Shown: positions 11,281 through 26,759, counted from the first letter of the stretch. The stretch is DNA of 64,000 nucleotides from Epiperipatus broadwayi (GCA_028023455.1 JAQFVV010000008.1:7502001-7566000), one strand, 5' to 3'. Numbers and translations: made by a program. The notes: generated by a model not told the origin, from the sequence alone.

Positions 11281-11899
11281 TGAATTAATTATTACATTTT
11301 AAACTAAATTTTCTCCAAAATCTCACATAATACAGTTGTAAACCATTTCACACATTGCAAATATAATATCTTAATTAGAAATGGCTACTGATTTAATAGA
11401 TTAATGTTGAAAGCATTAAAAAAAAATTATTCATGTACTAATGTTTAAAGAGACAATAAAAACTTATTAGATTATTATGATTATAAAATTTTTCTAATTT
11501 CTATCATTTGTGTTATTAATTTAACTTTTAAAGATATGCAGAAAAGAATATTATGTCCACAGAATTAAATATTTCCATAAAATTTTTATAATACAAGTAT
11601 GCAATAACAATTTATATTTAAAAATTTTTTTTATTTAAATAAAACATAAATAATACAAAAAAATATTTTTTTAATACAATTCAGTATATACTGGCCAGCA
11701 GTAACTAATAATAACAACAAAATATAGTTAATTTATATAACAAAATTATACTTTCATTATTTCAGATAATAATAAAATAAAATCAACCTAGGATAGTTGT
11801 AAAATAAATAAATACCGATAATTAAATAAATGCTTATTAAGGAATGTTATCAATTTGTAAACTATACAAATATGTTCTAATGAACAATTTGCAAAATAG

Positions 11900-12720
11900 T
11901 TTTGAGCAATTTTTAACTTTATTTCACATGATTTGGTCCATTTAAGTATCAGTAGGGAATCAAGTGAGAAAATTATTTTCTATAAGTATTTTAAGATATT
12001 AAAAAATTTATAAAAACTTATTCTAAACTGCATTACACAACTGCAACTTCTTTATTCATACATTTAACAAATGCATTGCTAGACAATTCCTTCCAAAGTC
12101 AATTATCCATAAAATTGATGAGATGTTATATATAGAGCTCGCAAATACAAACTTATTAAATTAGGTCATGTGACATCTGACATGATTTTTTTTTTGTAAC
12201 TGATGAGATATAATAAAATATGGTGTTTTTTTTTTAAATCGATATTTGGAATCTTAGGCAATAATCAAAAAAATCTGTAAGCCATCATATAAATCTTTTT
12301 ATTTTTTAATGCCCATAGCCTTTATTTTATAAAACATTTCCAAATCATTATCTTTGAGGATTTAGCAATTTTAGTTTTGATAATACTTATTTTTCCATAA
12401 ATTCATTATTTCCAATTTAAAATATTTTCAACCTTTTTCTTTACATCATTTACAAAACAAAACTCTCCAAGTTATACCCTTTAAAAATAATTATCTTGTT
12501 GCTAATGCCGCTATTAGTTTTAAAGGATTATTTTCCTTATTATTATCAAAACATTTTACTGATACTAATCTACATATAAATATTCAAATTCTTTCCCATA
12601 TCTGTTCTCCATTTTTCTGATAGTTATCTCTTTAGCGATAATATTCTGTATCGTCTTTATTACTAAAGCAATTATAGAAGTGATGTCTGATAATCCTTAC
12701 ATTAATGATTAATAATACTA
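11900..12720 (-). mobile_element. hAT-family transposase remnant
   Basis: Minus-strand fragments KLIAALATR*LFL (resembles the hAT TRW motif) and LNILKNTYRK...LNGP (resembles the hAT dimerization domain end). Stops throughout. Confidence 0.4.
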
Positions 12721-13311
12721 GGTAAATAGAAACCACTACTGTTTAATGATTAAAAAATATATATGAAATACACTACTACTTTATATGAAGTTTTCTCAAT
12801 GCTAAAAAGAAAAACATCTAATTTTTTCTTTATAAATTAAAAATGTTTTGTTTTAATTTGTTAAAAAATCTATATATGATAAAAATTTGAAATTTAAATC
12901 TAATTTTGCTATTTACTTTTTTCTCACTAGTATACTTTAAATTCTATCCTAAAATATTAAATAATATCACATTGTATGAATTATTAGAAGTTTTTAGCAG
13001 GCTATCACGTATACAGAAAGAGTGATATAATTAGCAAATTAAATCCATCTTATTGCTGTATAATATTGGCATATACTGTATATAATTGATAGAAAAGGAT
13101 CATTTAAAATATCTGGAAAAATTAATCTGTTTTTAAAGATATGTTTATTGCACAATTTTATTTGCAAGCTTAGTAAATTATCTGTAGTGTGAAATTTTAG
13201 TTTTCATTTGTAATATGATAATTCATATATTTTCTAAATCTTTCAATATACATGTTTTCACATGCACTCATAATATATCATTTTAAAAACACATATGAAT
13301 TTTTGGAAATA

Positions 13312-13485
13312 TTACAGTTGAATCATATTTTCTGCTACAGCTAAATTAAAAAGAAAATTTTCCACAGCAGGAGCAGCTTTCCGTTCTCTAAGAGATTCGG
13401 CACTCACAACTAATTGGCCATTTTCATTGTATGTTGCCAAAGTTTTCAAATTATTTAACAGTTCAGTTGTCTTATCAGCAATTTC
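13312..13485 (-). CDS. DENND10: DENND10/FAM45 last coding exon
   Basis: tttttaaag acceptor. It encodes EIADKTTELLNNLKTLATYNENGQLVVSAESLRERKAAPAVENFLFNLAVAENMIQL*, matching the DENND10 C-terminus (..PATENFLYHLAAAEQMLKI in human, from recall). Confidence 0.93.
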   Translation of the reverse strand, partial: EIADKTTELLNNLKTLATYNENGQLVVSAESLRERKAAPAVENFLFNLAVAENMIQL

Positions 13486-16400
13486 CTTTAAAAAGTATAT
13501 AAAAAAAAACAAACATTGAAATAAATTGATACATTTAATTTTCAATATAATTATTTTAAATTTAACATTATTACCATGTATATTATATTAATTTCAAAAA
13601 ATTAATGATAAAAAAATATTAAAATGTCAATTCAGTTATTTAGGAATTCTTAATAAGGAAAAGTTTTGGAGTAATAGTAATTTTAAGTTGTCTTATAAAA
13701 GTTTTGCATATTTAGTTATAACATTAATTGTATTTATTATATACAGAGCCATAATAATTGGGGGGGGGGGGTGACCTAGGCAAGCCAAACATTCCTTTCT
13801 TCCTCTATCATCAAACTAACTTATTGCTTTACAAACACAAAAATGAGTGAATCTTGCATTCAATAATAAATTCAAAATGGTTGAAATAATTTTTTATCAA
13901 ATAATGTAACAGCATGCATCTTTATATTTACTTGCCTGCATATTTTCTCTTACAGCTCTCTCTCTATATATATATATAATATAATGAAGTTTTCTTTACT
14001 ACTATTTTTAATTACTTATATTTATTTCATTATGTAACTAGATTTTTTCCCCCCTAATTTGGCAATTTATCTGATTTGCCATCATAAAACAATTATTTAT
14101 TATTTTAAAAAATAAATTCACTTTTTTTTTAAAACTTAAAAATGTGATCCTCTGGGGGTTTTTTTTTTTTTTAAAATGAAAAATTAAACACCCTCAAACA
14201 TTGTTTTTTAAAAAAAAAAATCTCTCACGAGATACAAACTTCCATAAAGTGAAAAGCAAAAACATCTTTATATTACAAAGATTAAATAAACTTTTATCAT
14301 AAATCAAAAATAAAAACAAAGCTTGGGAAAGTAGGAAGATGCAAATACAATCTCCAATTACATACAGTCTAATTTTTCACAAGTGATTCTTTTATGCTAT
14401 AAATTATAGAAATGGACCAATAAGAATCACATTTTGCCATCTGTATAGGTAATTATGAATGATTGACCAGATAATCAGTCTCTAAATTTCAATCCATTTT
14501 ATCTGGCAGTTTCAATAAAGTATAAGTGATAATAATGAATGTATCTACAATAATTAACAAAAACTTAAGAAGTGATGAATTTGGTAATATTTCTGAAAAG
14601 TTTTAAGACTAAAATGCTTCATAAAAGATCAATAATAGCATCCATTAGATAATAGTGAATGTATTTTATAATAACCAAATTTTTGAATTTTCAATTTAAT
14701 TTATCTATTTAATTAAGATCTACAGAAGACGCATGCTGAAATTCTATAAAATGAATATGATGTGTCAAATTTACTACATTATAGAGATTCTATTTAATTA
14801 TGAAACATTGCTTGAAAACAATATCAATATTTGTGAGAAACAAAATGAACCAACACAATAAAACACAAGAATAAAAAATTAGTATAAGTATTCTATTGTC
14901 AAATGTCATAAAAATAAAAACTGAGCATTACTAAATACTAGAAAACTGCTTGTAAAAAAGAAAAAAAGGGAAAGGGCAATACGGTATTAATAACATACAA
15001 AATACTTGAAAATACCATGATGAGTTGGAACTAATTATTAAAAATATATATATAAAAAATTATTAAGAGTTCATTGTTTATTCAGTGCTGTTATACATAC
15101 TGTGTATGACTGACTTGAATTTGGAGATCTACCTGGAGGTGGCACCTCAAAGGAGAAACCAATAAAAGAAACTAATCCATAAAAATGTATATGTATTTAT
15201 TATTCAATGTAATAGACAGTCTTTTAATAAGCAAAGGAATACAAAGACTATTCTATAAGAAATTAATCAATGGGAAGAAAAGTGTTAAATAAATTTAAAG
15301 TAAACCATAAAAGTGAATATACATAAAATAATTTAATTTTAGCAAGCAAAGCAATACAAAAAGTAACCCATAAGAAATTAATTGATGGCAAAATAATTTT
15401 CATCTTATATTTCATTGGAAACTAATTTATGATGAGAAGTGTATTTTATCAAAGTGTTTAAATAAGAAATGCATTCAAAAGGCAATCTATTTATGACAAA
15501 AAAGTATTAAATAAAGGCATGAAAATAATTTATGTTTTAGTCAGTAAAAAATTATAAAAATGTATCTTGGCTAAATTCATCACTACCATAAAAACATTGA
15601 AGGCAAAAAATTGACAACTAATATAAAAACTTCAAATAAGTCAGTTCATTTTAAAATTAATAATAATAAAATATTTTATTATATTTATTATTATCAAGAA
15701 AGTTGATGTGGAATAATTATTTTGTCTTTTTTTCAATTTTATTTCTTATGGATTGACTTTTTTACTTAGTTTCTTAAATATAGCATCATTCAGTAGATAG
15801 ATCATTTAAATTCCAATAGATCATAAACAGCACCACTTATTTATTAACATGAAACAAAATATAAATATCATATTCATTTCCATATCTACTATAAATCCAC
15901 AAGAAACTTTTTTTTTTTTGTCACAACTTCTCTGATATAGAATTGTCGGAACTAAGAGGCACAACCAAAATCATGTTACTTAGATCAATCAATTCTTATC
16001 AATGTGCTGTCTAGGTAAAGTTTTAAATTGAAGGTTTAATCAATATTTTTTTTATTTTTTATGAATCAGTGATTCCCACAATAGTGATTATAGATAATGA
16101 ACACTATGGGGAATGGAAAATAAGTAGTACTTAGATTACAACATTTAAATAAATTATTGAACTTGCAACAAAAAATGCATGTAATCTTCTTTCTATACAT
16201 ACTTACTCACCTTGCAATTGTTATAAAAAAAGATGTCTTGCCATTATCATGATCTAAGTTTGAGTCTAAGCTAAGTGAATATTTGCAAGTTTTTTTAGGT
16301 AGAAGCAGGTTTAGACCTTATCTTTTGGGTAGTTGCTCCAAAGCCAATCAAATGGATATCTAACTATTAGTTATACAATAAAGGTATCATCTAATTTAGA

Positions 16401-16876
16401 TCAATGAGTCAATATATCAAATGGGGAAAAAAATGATTATATGATGCTGACTTGCCAAATGCACTGAGACCATAGCTTATCTTTAGTTTAAATAGCTTGA
16501 TATTATCCTCTTGTAAAAGTTCTTATGGTTCTATCATATGCTTGATGCATTTAATTACAGCTGTTTGTGAAAAAGCTAAATAAAATTTCTAGTAATAATT
16601 CTGTAAAAAAATGTAAGAGAACCACAACAGATTACAGAAAATACAATGTGAGACATTATAAAGATATCGCAAAAAATTTACTTTTTTTTTTATTTTTATA
16701 AAGGGTATATTAATTAATTCTTTGCAAAATGATTGCTTTAAGATATAGGAAAAAAGCAACAAATTCATTTTCTAAAGAAACTGATGCAAATTTCATAGCA
16801 ATACATTTTAATGTAACTGATTTAGTAGGTTAATTGTTGCTGTTTGTATGTACACTCTATCCATTAATAGAACCAA

Positions 16877-19520
16877 CATCATCATCGATTTCAACTATTA
16901 TAAATTCAGTACAAAATGAGATTCCAAGTTTAACCCAGTCTTTCTGATCTCTAGCCTCTCCACAAAACACCAGCAAATTTCCTTATTTTATTCACCTACT
17001 AACATGTAGTCTCTTGGGATCCAGTTTAACATTGCAACTATCCATTTAATTATCACCTCTTCTAATAATATGTTCAGTCCAGTTTCATTCCAATCTCTGA
17101 ATTGTTTCAATGACATCAGTGCTCCGTTTTCTCACCCATGTATTTCACTGTCAATCTAGTTATCTCTAATATACATCTCTTCATACTTCAGTGAATAGTT
17201 TGAAGTCTCTGAATAACTCTTCTGATATGTGACCAACTTTTAGAACCATAAATAAAAACTAGTAAAACCCATTTATTAAAATCATTAATTTTAAACACAT
17301 AAGTATATTTTTTCCTTTCAGTATTAAGATTTTATTTACCAAAAGTATTCCGTCTAAATTTAATTCTATGACTAATTTAATCTATTATGATTATATCTGT
17401 ATTAATAACCTAGCCAAAATATTTCTAGTTGTTAACTTCTTTTAATTCATGATTATCATTTTCTATTTTCTTCTGAATAAAATCCATTGAACATCACTTT
17501 AGTTTTTTAGAATTTCCTACGCAAAAACAATCACATCATCTGCAAAATGTGGATGACTTAAAATAATCTCCATTTGCTTTTACTTCTTTAATTTTCTATT
17601 TTAATCCACAAAATATTTCCTGTAAAACTGCAATAAAAAGTTTTGAAATATGGAATCATCCTGGCATATACCCTTTATAATGATAATCTTCTTAGTATCA
17701 ATATGTAATCTATTTATTGCTGTTGCATTTTGCTAACTATTTTTTGGAATATGATAATAAATCCTGGATCTACATCTTAATGATCCAATGATAAATTATT
17801 GTAGAAATGTTTATAGAATCAAATGCTTTTCATGACCTACAAATCCAAAGCATGATGACAATTCATATTCATTGATTGTTTTTATAACTTAACTCAATAC
17901 TTGTATCTGATCCACAGTACAAAAACTCCTTTTAAATTCAGCTTGCTTCTTTAATTTATTAAAATCCAAAGTTAGCTATAGACAAGTTGTAATTAACATG
18001 GTAAAGATTTTGTACAAAAAGGATAAAAGATAGATGGGCCTGTAATTTTTAATATTTTCTTTATCATCTTTCTTCAATGTCTATATTACTACCGCATTCT
18101 TTCAATCATCGGATACATCTTTATGTATAACTTGGCCAATTTTTCTAATTTCTTCACCTGATTCTTTTAAGATATCAATTATAATTCTATCATTTCCTGG
18201 AGCCTTTCCCTTCTTTATAAATTTAACTGCATGTTTCACTTCTTCATTGAAAATGATAGCAATTCTGAAGATGCAATAATTGTAGGGGATACTTTGTTTC
18301 TCGTTTTTTATTACTATATAATTCTTTATAGAACTTTTCTGCACATTATCTCTCTATTTGATAATAGTTTCATTTTTTCTTCTTATTGTAGAAATACCTT
18401 TCCTTCCAATACCAAGATGTTGCTTTATTCTCTTCTATAGATTTCCTGGGCAATTCATGCTTATATTGTTATTAACTTTTTTATGTACCGTTTTACATTG
18501 TTATTAACTCTTTTTTGTACCATTTTACTCAAGAGATCATTCTTAAATATTTTCATATTCCTTCTTTTCTTCATACAATGTATTGTCTCGCTTTTTTGTA
18601 TTATGTATCTTTATTATAGTTCTTAAAAATGAATTAGTTATTTTCTTATTGATTTCATTCAATCTAAATCATCATCAAAATCAATTAATATTTTAAAATG
18701 ATTTGCAAGTTCTAATTTAAATTTAGTGGAATGTTTGTGATGGTTAGGAATATCAATTATTTTTTTTTTTTAAAATAGTTTTCATCTCTAATTTTGCATT
18801 AACACTTATCTTATATCTCACTAATCAATTGATCACTTCCTGTATTGAATTTATCAAGAATGTTAAAATCTTGAAATACATATTTTCTGTTAGTCAAAAT
18901 ATAATTCAATTCTGTTGTATCCTTATTTAGATGGTTCCATGTCCATTTCTGTTTAGCATTTTTCTCAAAGAAAGAATTCATAATATATAGTTTTTCTTTT
19001 ACAGAAAACCACAAGTCCATGTCCTCTTGCATTATTCTAGCATTAAAGTATAATTTTTTTGGTCTAATCAGAAGCACTTTGTTTATCCATATAAAAATAT
19101 TCTGCTTCTTTATCACAATGAGAAGTTGTTGTGCATTAATCTGAATTATCTGCCTTTAATATCTTGCATTAAGTTGAATAACTAATTTTACCAATCTGTC
19201 TCATATAAAGTCAATCACGATAGTAGTGTTCTTCCATTTTTTATTTATAATGAATCCCACTCTATTTGTGGTTTCAATATTTGGGCCTTTGTAGTAAAAT
19301 ATGAGATCACTTTTTAAATCAATTGCTCATTTTTTCAAGTCAGCAATACCCCATTTAATATTAGATTGTTCTTCCAATTTGTGCAATCTTCCTTCATACA
19401 AAAAGGTCACTGAATGACAGTGGATCCACAATCAGGGAGTTCTTAGCACCCTCTGCCTTCGGTTACATTGGCTGGTGACTTTTACAATCTTCCCAGGAAT
19501 AAGGGTCATAATTTAGTTTT
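16877..19520 (-). mobile_element. RTE-clade non-LTR retrotransposon, near full-length but degenerate
   Basis: APE-like fragment WTWNHLN..ELNYILTN..FNTGSDQ (18811-19116) and RT fragment EEVKHAVKFIKKGKAPGNDRIIIDILK (18102-18344). The 3' end has a (GAT)n tail at 16877-16886. Confidence 0.85.
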
Positions 19521-19949
19521 GTCTGTCATGATTGTAAATATCTATTTTTAAAAAAATTCATTGAAACACACATTCATTCTGCTTTCAAGAAATCTCAACT
19601 GATATTTCTGTTAAGAACTATAAGGGCACTGAGAAAAAAAAATCACAATATTTCTTGATTTTAAACTCTGGGCTAAAAAGTCAATAAACTCACCATGCTG
19701 GCTGATGCACGGTTAGTAAGCAGTCCATCCATATACATTTACTATATGAATAAACCCATACTAATAACAGCTGCAATGACAAGAAAGTATTGAGTATACA
19801 TTAGGAATTTGCTCTACTCAGTTCCTTTAAGGTCTCAAAGAAGAATCAATGGATTTCCTTTCAGTTAACAACAAACTCCTTTCTGCAGTCGAACGACCAT
19901 ACACATACTAAACTATATCAAAATTAGCTAATTGATAAATATCAATTTT

Positions 19950-20330
19950 TCTGTAAAAGAATTTAAAAAATATATATATCAGACAATAATTGAAAAACAA
20001 ACATGTTTAAAAACATGCTCAAATCAAGAACATTCCATACAATATATGTGGGTTCCTGTCCAATGCGTGGATGTAAAATTGCTATTGAGTGACAGTTGAA
20101 TGTAAAAAAAAACTTCTGATACTTTAAATGTACTTCATCTGGCCACATTCATCAGTGTATTATGAAAATCAATGCTCTCTCTTCACTGCATATCACATAA
20201 CAACAGAAACCTTTCAACGTGTAGTTTAAACACTGTGATGAATTCTGTTATAGCATCACCAGTAATGCAGTTTGAAAAAGCTTACTCTAATCAAATAGTG
20301 ATAGTCAAGGCATGAAGTTTTAATGGTTGC
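19950..20330 (-). mobile_element. Possible Sola-like DNA transposase remnant
   Basis: Minus-strand fragments YTDECGQMKY (cf. SDNCxGQNKN) and NCHSIAI (cf. ECDSxHxxIE). Recalled motif similarity only. Confidence 0.3.
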
Positions 20331-22319
20331 AGTGTTTTCACCAAAAAAGTAATTAATTTTCCCTGCTTTGTGGAATTAAATTTTTTTTTTGGTACTTTTA
20401 TTTTTTCTAATTCAATTTATTATGGAATTGTGTTTGCTTTCATTAATAATTTAATTTCTTCCTGAAGATATGTTTTCTATATAAATTATATTACTTTCAT
20501 GTTTTCGAATATGATATTTGGAAAACAATCATCTATTTGCAAAATATATCAAGCTCAGGTTTGTTTGTTTTTTTAAAAATTAAATTCATGTTTTAAAATA
20601 TATTCTTTTTTTTTTTTGATTTTTAATAGAAAAATTGAAACTTACCAATTAGTTTAATTTGGTATGGGTGGATATGTGTTAATGGTTTGCCTAGGGTTAG
20701 TGTATATGCAATTGAAATGGTTATCATATTAGTTTTAATATAAAATTTTTTATTAATTATTCATTTCACTTAAGAGTAATGGCTCTGTTTTTAAAATAGA
20801 TGCTAATTCAATTGTATAAGAACTGAAATCAGTTGAACTCTTGTAGATTTTGGCATTTATATTGTCAAATGAAAATATATATTTATATTTTGCTTTGAGT
20901 ATTTGATCACTAATTTTTTCCAATTTGAAAAATTATCTCCTATTTGATAAAGATTGTTTGCGATCATGATTTCTCATTTTACATAAATATTTTTGAAAAA
21001 TACATATACATAAAATATAAATTTTTGCATAGCTAATATGTGTCTCTAAGCAGTTTCTTGCTATTACATATAATGAAATCCCATTAATATCTAAATATGG
21101 AATTTGTAGATAAGGTTAATAATACATTAAGCTTGACTTTGAAAAATGATAATCTTGATAAAATTTTTGCCTAATGAAGTGATAAGTACTTGCATACATT
21201 GAAATATTTAACAATTTATGCAATGTATCATCTGTTTAATTAATGAAAAACTACTTGAAAACTTCTACAAAAATATAACTATTCTAAGAAATATTTATAT
21301 GAATCATGACTCATTTATAATGAGACTAGACAGAATCTACTTTTTTGAATGCTGAAAAAATTTCAATGGTATATAATCCAATGTTCCAAAAACGCATCTT
21401 CACACCTATTATAATAACATAATTGATTTATGTCTATTCTAAAAAAAATATTTGAAAAACTCAATAACATGAATTCAAAATTTTGGCTACCCAATTTCAA
21501 TCATTTCATTCTATATAAAACATAGCATTTTACACTTTTGATGTTTAATATATTTAACTTTTTTTAAAAAAATTGTATCATCTCTAAAAGAATTCATACT
21601 TGTAAATATATTCTATAAAATTATAATTTTTTCATTTCAGTGTTTTATTAAAATTATTTCTATTCACAAAGCTTTTGAAAATCTTTGTGGCATGATGATG
21701 AGAGCATCTTCCTCATAGATTAATAATTAGGAGTTAGAATCTACGACAATTAAATCTTGGAAATTTTTTCAGATGACAAATGGACTCAGGATTTTCTTTT
21801 AAATAGCCCATCCACAACTAACTGAGCTAGTCATTCATTCCTAATTGTTAAAAGAATATCAAACTTATTAGATGAAGACTGAAATTCACAAACTAATCTA
21901 AGCTGGTCATATACAAACTGTAAAAGCAAGCAATATGACCGCAATATTAAGCAGCCTTCATTTGGAATATTTGTTACTATTAGGAATTCAAGGATTAAAG
22001 AATTGCTAGGTTAGATTATGAAAATGACACTGACTTCTAAAAAACTATTTCTTTTAAAATTAACACAAATCATATATATAAATTCTGATTAGAATATTTT
22101 TTGTTTTAATAATGTTTAAAAGATGAAAATATTCACGTTTTCAAAATTCTAAAAAGTGACTGAAAAAACAAACAAATAACATTTAAATATTTTTAAAAAA
22201 TAATTGTATTCTGAAGAGTATACACTGTTTTTTTATAATGTTCAATTCTTATATATCTCAGTTTAAAATTACTTAAATTGTAAATAACTAAATTTAAAAT
22301 GTTTATTAAAAAAGCTTAC

Positions 22320-22414
22320 TTTAATTACTTCAAGATTAGTCAAATCTTCATCTTCTGCACAACGAGTCATAAAAAGAGCTATGTCTTTGTGTGTTTTGGT
22401 CATTGTTAAAGTTT
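22320..22414 (-). CDS. DENND10: DENND10/FAM45 coding exon
   Basis: ttttcag acceptor and GTAAGC donor, 95 nt, phases 1/0. It encodes (E)TLTMTKTHKDIALFMTRCAEDEDLTNLEVIK. Confidence 0.92.
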
Positions 22415-25119
22415 CTGAAAATTCATATAAAAAATAAAATATTTAATGAACAAATTTCTAATATAAAACTAAGCCATGATAACACTGCTTCTATGTATAT
22501 CTATTATTAAATATGGATTGTTTTGATTTATTTTTTAGTAATAACATAGTCATCGATAATATACCAGATAACAATAAAAGACACTGATTTCATAATAAAA
22601 AGCTATGATCATTTTTAGTGATTCACTACATAATATAAGACTGGTTAAATGATTTTCTTGATCATGATAGCAACTAGAGATTACAAGCATCAACAGATTA
22701 TTGCACAAGTCCAATCCAGAAAAAGAATGTTTACATCACCATGCTCAGTTATAGTATGTTATATATAGAACTCGCACATAAGCTCTTAAAAAGCTTTGCA
22801 GAATATCTCCGACCCCAGACTGGTTTCTACTACTGGCTTCCTCAGTGAGGTTCTAGGATATTCAAGCATTAGATTAAAAATACCAGGTCAAGCTTGTTAA
22901 GAACTCTATACATAACATTTGCAATACAATCTTGTTAAATTAGGTGACGTGACAATGACTTGATTTCTTTGTAAGTTATAGTATGGATTATTCATACAAT
23001 CAGAATTTAGAATATACTGTTATAGAATAATTACTAAAATAGTTTTTAATATATCATCAGAACAAAAAAATAATAATAATGAAATAAATAATTGCGTAGG
23101 ATGACACATGACATTTTAGCACCAAAATCTTTTTGTCTTTTACGTTTATCACTCAAAAGCCCAGGGCAAAAATAAACAATGGCTAGTTGCTCTGAAAAGC
23201 TTATTATGTTCAAGAATTGTGAAAAGTTGAATTTCGATCCTGGAAACTTGAGCTTTCCTATCATTTGATCCCAACAACAAAACAAAGAGTTAAAAAAGAG
23301 TACTAAACGTTTATTTAAATTCAATACAGAATTAATGTTATTTAAGTACATTTACTACCAATTAAGTTATTGCACATGTTATTATTACCATTCTTTTAAC
23401 ATTCTTTTATATGTCAGTCTTTTAATTAAATAAATTTTAAAATAAAATAATCACTGTATATTCAGAATACTTTGAATTTTCAATTTGAGAAAAAAGTAGA
23501 CTGTCTCAAACACAAGTAAATACCTTTTTAGAAAAAGAAAAATGGTTGAGATAAAAATTCAAAAGATAACCATCCATAATTTATATAATACTGTATAGTC
23601 AAACCATACCAAAATAATATCATAATTATTATAATTGTTAAAGAAAAATACAAGAAATAATAATTATTTATTACTAATACAATTAATACCACTTTGTCTT
23701 TAGCATTTTTAGAAAAAATGTAAATTATACAATGAAAAATCATATAACTGAGTTTTTATATTTCTATGAAAACATTATAAATTGGCTTAATTTTTAATGA
23801 TAGAATATTTCCATTTGTATATTATATATACATAAATAATACTTTTTTTTTTTCATTACTAACATACAATACTAAAAGCAGTCTTAATTAGATCCTTATA
23901 ACAAATTCTCAACCCATACATCTATTGGAATTTGCTTTCTTGAGCACATTTCAATTACAAAGATATGAAAAAACAGTTGTATGATGAATTTTTGCAAAAT
24001 AAAAAACTTGGAGGTAATCTGGTTTAATATATAGTCCCTTCTTTTTGGCTTAAAACTAATAATGATGAGATATATCAGTGGTGAACAATTGTAAAGATAA
24101 TTGATTGATGTTGCCCAGAATTATTTTCTTCTTTTGGTATTGGTAGTAATTGAGATTCAATTTTCCATGTTATAATTATTCATATCTTTCAAATTTTAGA
24201 ATTTTATTTATTTGCAAATGCTTATATAATTAATCTTTGCCTACCACATACATTTAGATGTGCACTCACACTAATGATTTAATATTATAGGCTTTATAGA
24301 AAATTATGTTCAAAGTAGTTGTCTCAATAATGATGGTATGAATTTGATAGCTAAAGATTATTGCATAGATTTCCAACTAAAAAACATTAAAAAAAAAATC
24401 TCAATATGATCAGCAAAACAATAAACTTTTTATATTTATCCAATCACTGATTCTATTAATAGTTCTTACCTGAAATAAAAGATTTAACAACAAGAATTCA
24501 AATATTAATATAAATATAAAATCTACAATATTTTTAAACATGTTCTATGATAAAATATAAAACTACCTAAATTATGTTATTTTTGCTTATTAGTTGAAAA
24601 AAGTTATGATGTGTTCAGTTTATTAGTTTAATATAGTATCAATGCATCCACATTCCATTCAGCTTCACAAAATAAAAAGCTTAAATCTTTCATAAAAAAA
24701 TTAAATTTAAGTAATCAATTTGAAAACATATATTAAAATGTATCAAAGATGTAATTTGAAAAACTTTATTTTAATTTATTTGATACTGAACATTGATAAC
24801 GTGTATAAATTCTCTGCTAATGTAATACAATGTTATACTTTTTTTTTTTGCTTTTTACTTAATAAGTTCAAAATATTTTTGACCATTAAGACCTTACATC
24901 CTAATAATAATACATCAATAATTGGCAATAATTAAAATCTTTTTTAAATTAGATATAATATCTAAAAATATTTACAAGTTTATATTCTTTATTTGTTAGG
25001 ACAGATAAAAAAAAAATTGTATAGCTATATCATAACTAATTTTCAATTTACATATACAATATTATTTATTACTTTTAATAATCATAAGTTTTTAATGAAG
25101 AAAAAAACATCTTCTTTAC

Positions 25120-25328
25120 CTTTTGCATGTGGAGCAACAGAAATTTCAGTAGCTGCTAAATTGACAAATAAATCAAAAAGATCATTTTGGCCTTCAACAG
25201 CTGCATCCAGAAAGCCTGCTACATAACCTGGACAAGATCGTAATTCATCTAATTCTTCATCAACAAGGTGAATGTAAGGATGAAGAATATTCCAATTCTG
25301 TCGATGCCAAACTAAAGGAGGAAGTGCC
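25120..25328 (-). CDS. DENND10: DENND10/FAM45 coding exon
   Basis: ataacag acceptor and GTAAAG donor, 209 nt, phases 2/1. It encodes (R)ALPPLVWHRQNWNILHPYIHLVDEELDELRSCPGYVAGFLDAAVEGQNDLFDLFVNLAATEISVAPHAK. LVWHRQxW and GYVAGF are DENND10 motifs. Confidence 0.95.
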
Positions 25329-25611
25329 CTGTTATAAATGTAAATAATTAATTAGTAATTTCAATAGAGTTGATTTTTAATAATTTAATACAAGTCAATT
25401 ATAAAATTTTGAATTTAATAAGTTTCGAGAGTACCATTTATTACTGAGAAAATATTATACAATTATTTAATCCACATGTATAATAATAAGGATAGTCAGT
25501 TATTATTAAAATATAATAGTACTGAATATAAGTAAAATCTAATCATTTAATTACAGACATTATTAAAGACTAATGCATTTTCAATGTGGTTCACACAATT
25601 ATAAATATAAA

Positions 25612-26759
25612 CAAGATCTGACAATTAAGTTGCATATTCATCCTAGAAAAAGTGCTACATATCTTATTGCTGAATATCACTATGGTCACCTTTGAAATAC
25701 TCTCTTTGGAAAGACAAGCTCCAATGCCAGCATCTAGTTTACCTTTCATAGAAATTTTTAAATTTCTTATTGGAATGGCTACCAGAGCTTTCATTGTCAT
25801 GAATATCATCAAAATGTCTTCATACTTTTTTATCAAGAAGTAAAAAAAAAAAAGTCTTTGGGGACCAGTTCAGATGAGTAGGGAAGGTATTCCGTTATTT
25901 ATTTACTCGTCAAAAACTGCCTCACTGACAGTGTCGAGTGAGCTGGTGAATTGTCATAATGCAAAAGCCATGAATTGTTGGTGAAAAGTTTGTCCTTTTC
26001 ATCTAACATTTTCATACAACCTTTTCAGCACTTCCAAATAATAAACTTGGCTAACAGTCCAATTGGTACAAATTCATAATGAACAATCCGTCTATCAAAA
26101 TAATTAATAAACTGTTATGACTGTTGATTTAGACTGACAGAACTTTTTTGGTCATGGAGAAATGGATGACTTACATTGTGCACTTTGATGTTTTGTTTTA
26201 AGATTGTATTGGTATACCCATCATCAGTGATAATACAGCCCAAAATATTGTATTGATTCTCTTTTGCTTTTGTTTATCAATGAACTGCTTCAGAATCATT
26301 TTTGCACACTTCTCATGCCAAGATTTTCAATTAAGATTTTCCTATTTGGTCTGCTAAGCTTCTTAGTCAGTGGATAATTTGACACACAATTTGATGAATT
26401 TTTTGCAATGTTTAATCAATTCTGCTCCTTACAGGCCACTCTGACCTCACTTCACCCGTGATGCTTTTTTCCCCTTAGAAAAATGTTTAATTCATTTATT
26501 TGTCAACTGCTGCTTTCTTATCAATATAGCCATAACTTGGATTAACATGCCTGATTTTACTTCCACTTTTGCCAAATTTAACAAGAAACTTAATGTTTGT
26601 TCATTACTCTAATTTTTCATGAAAGCACACAAAACTACATAAAAACAAAAATGAATACCACTCAAAAAGGCAGCACCAAATATTGATGTAAGAACAGATG
26701 TGAACACTGATATACCAAGCTTATGGTGGTAAGTTTATGAATTTAATTGTTAGATCTTA
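25612..26759 (-). mobile_element. Mariner transposon (degenerate, TIR-bounded, ~1.15 kb)
   Basis: TIRs CAAGATCTGACAATTAAGTTGCATA / ATGAATTTAATTGTTAGATCTTA, followed by TA on the right. Transposase remnants: IITDD, RRIVHYEFVP.GLLAKFIIWKC, HNNSWLLHYDNSPAHS, EYFKGDH. Confidence 0.85.
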
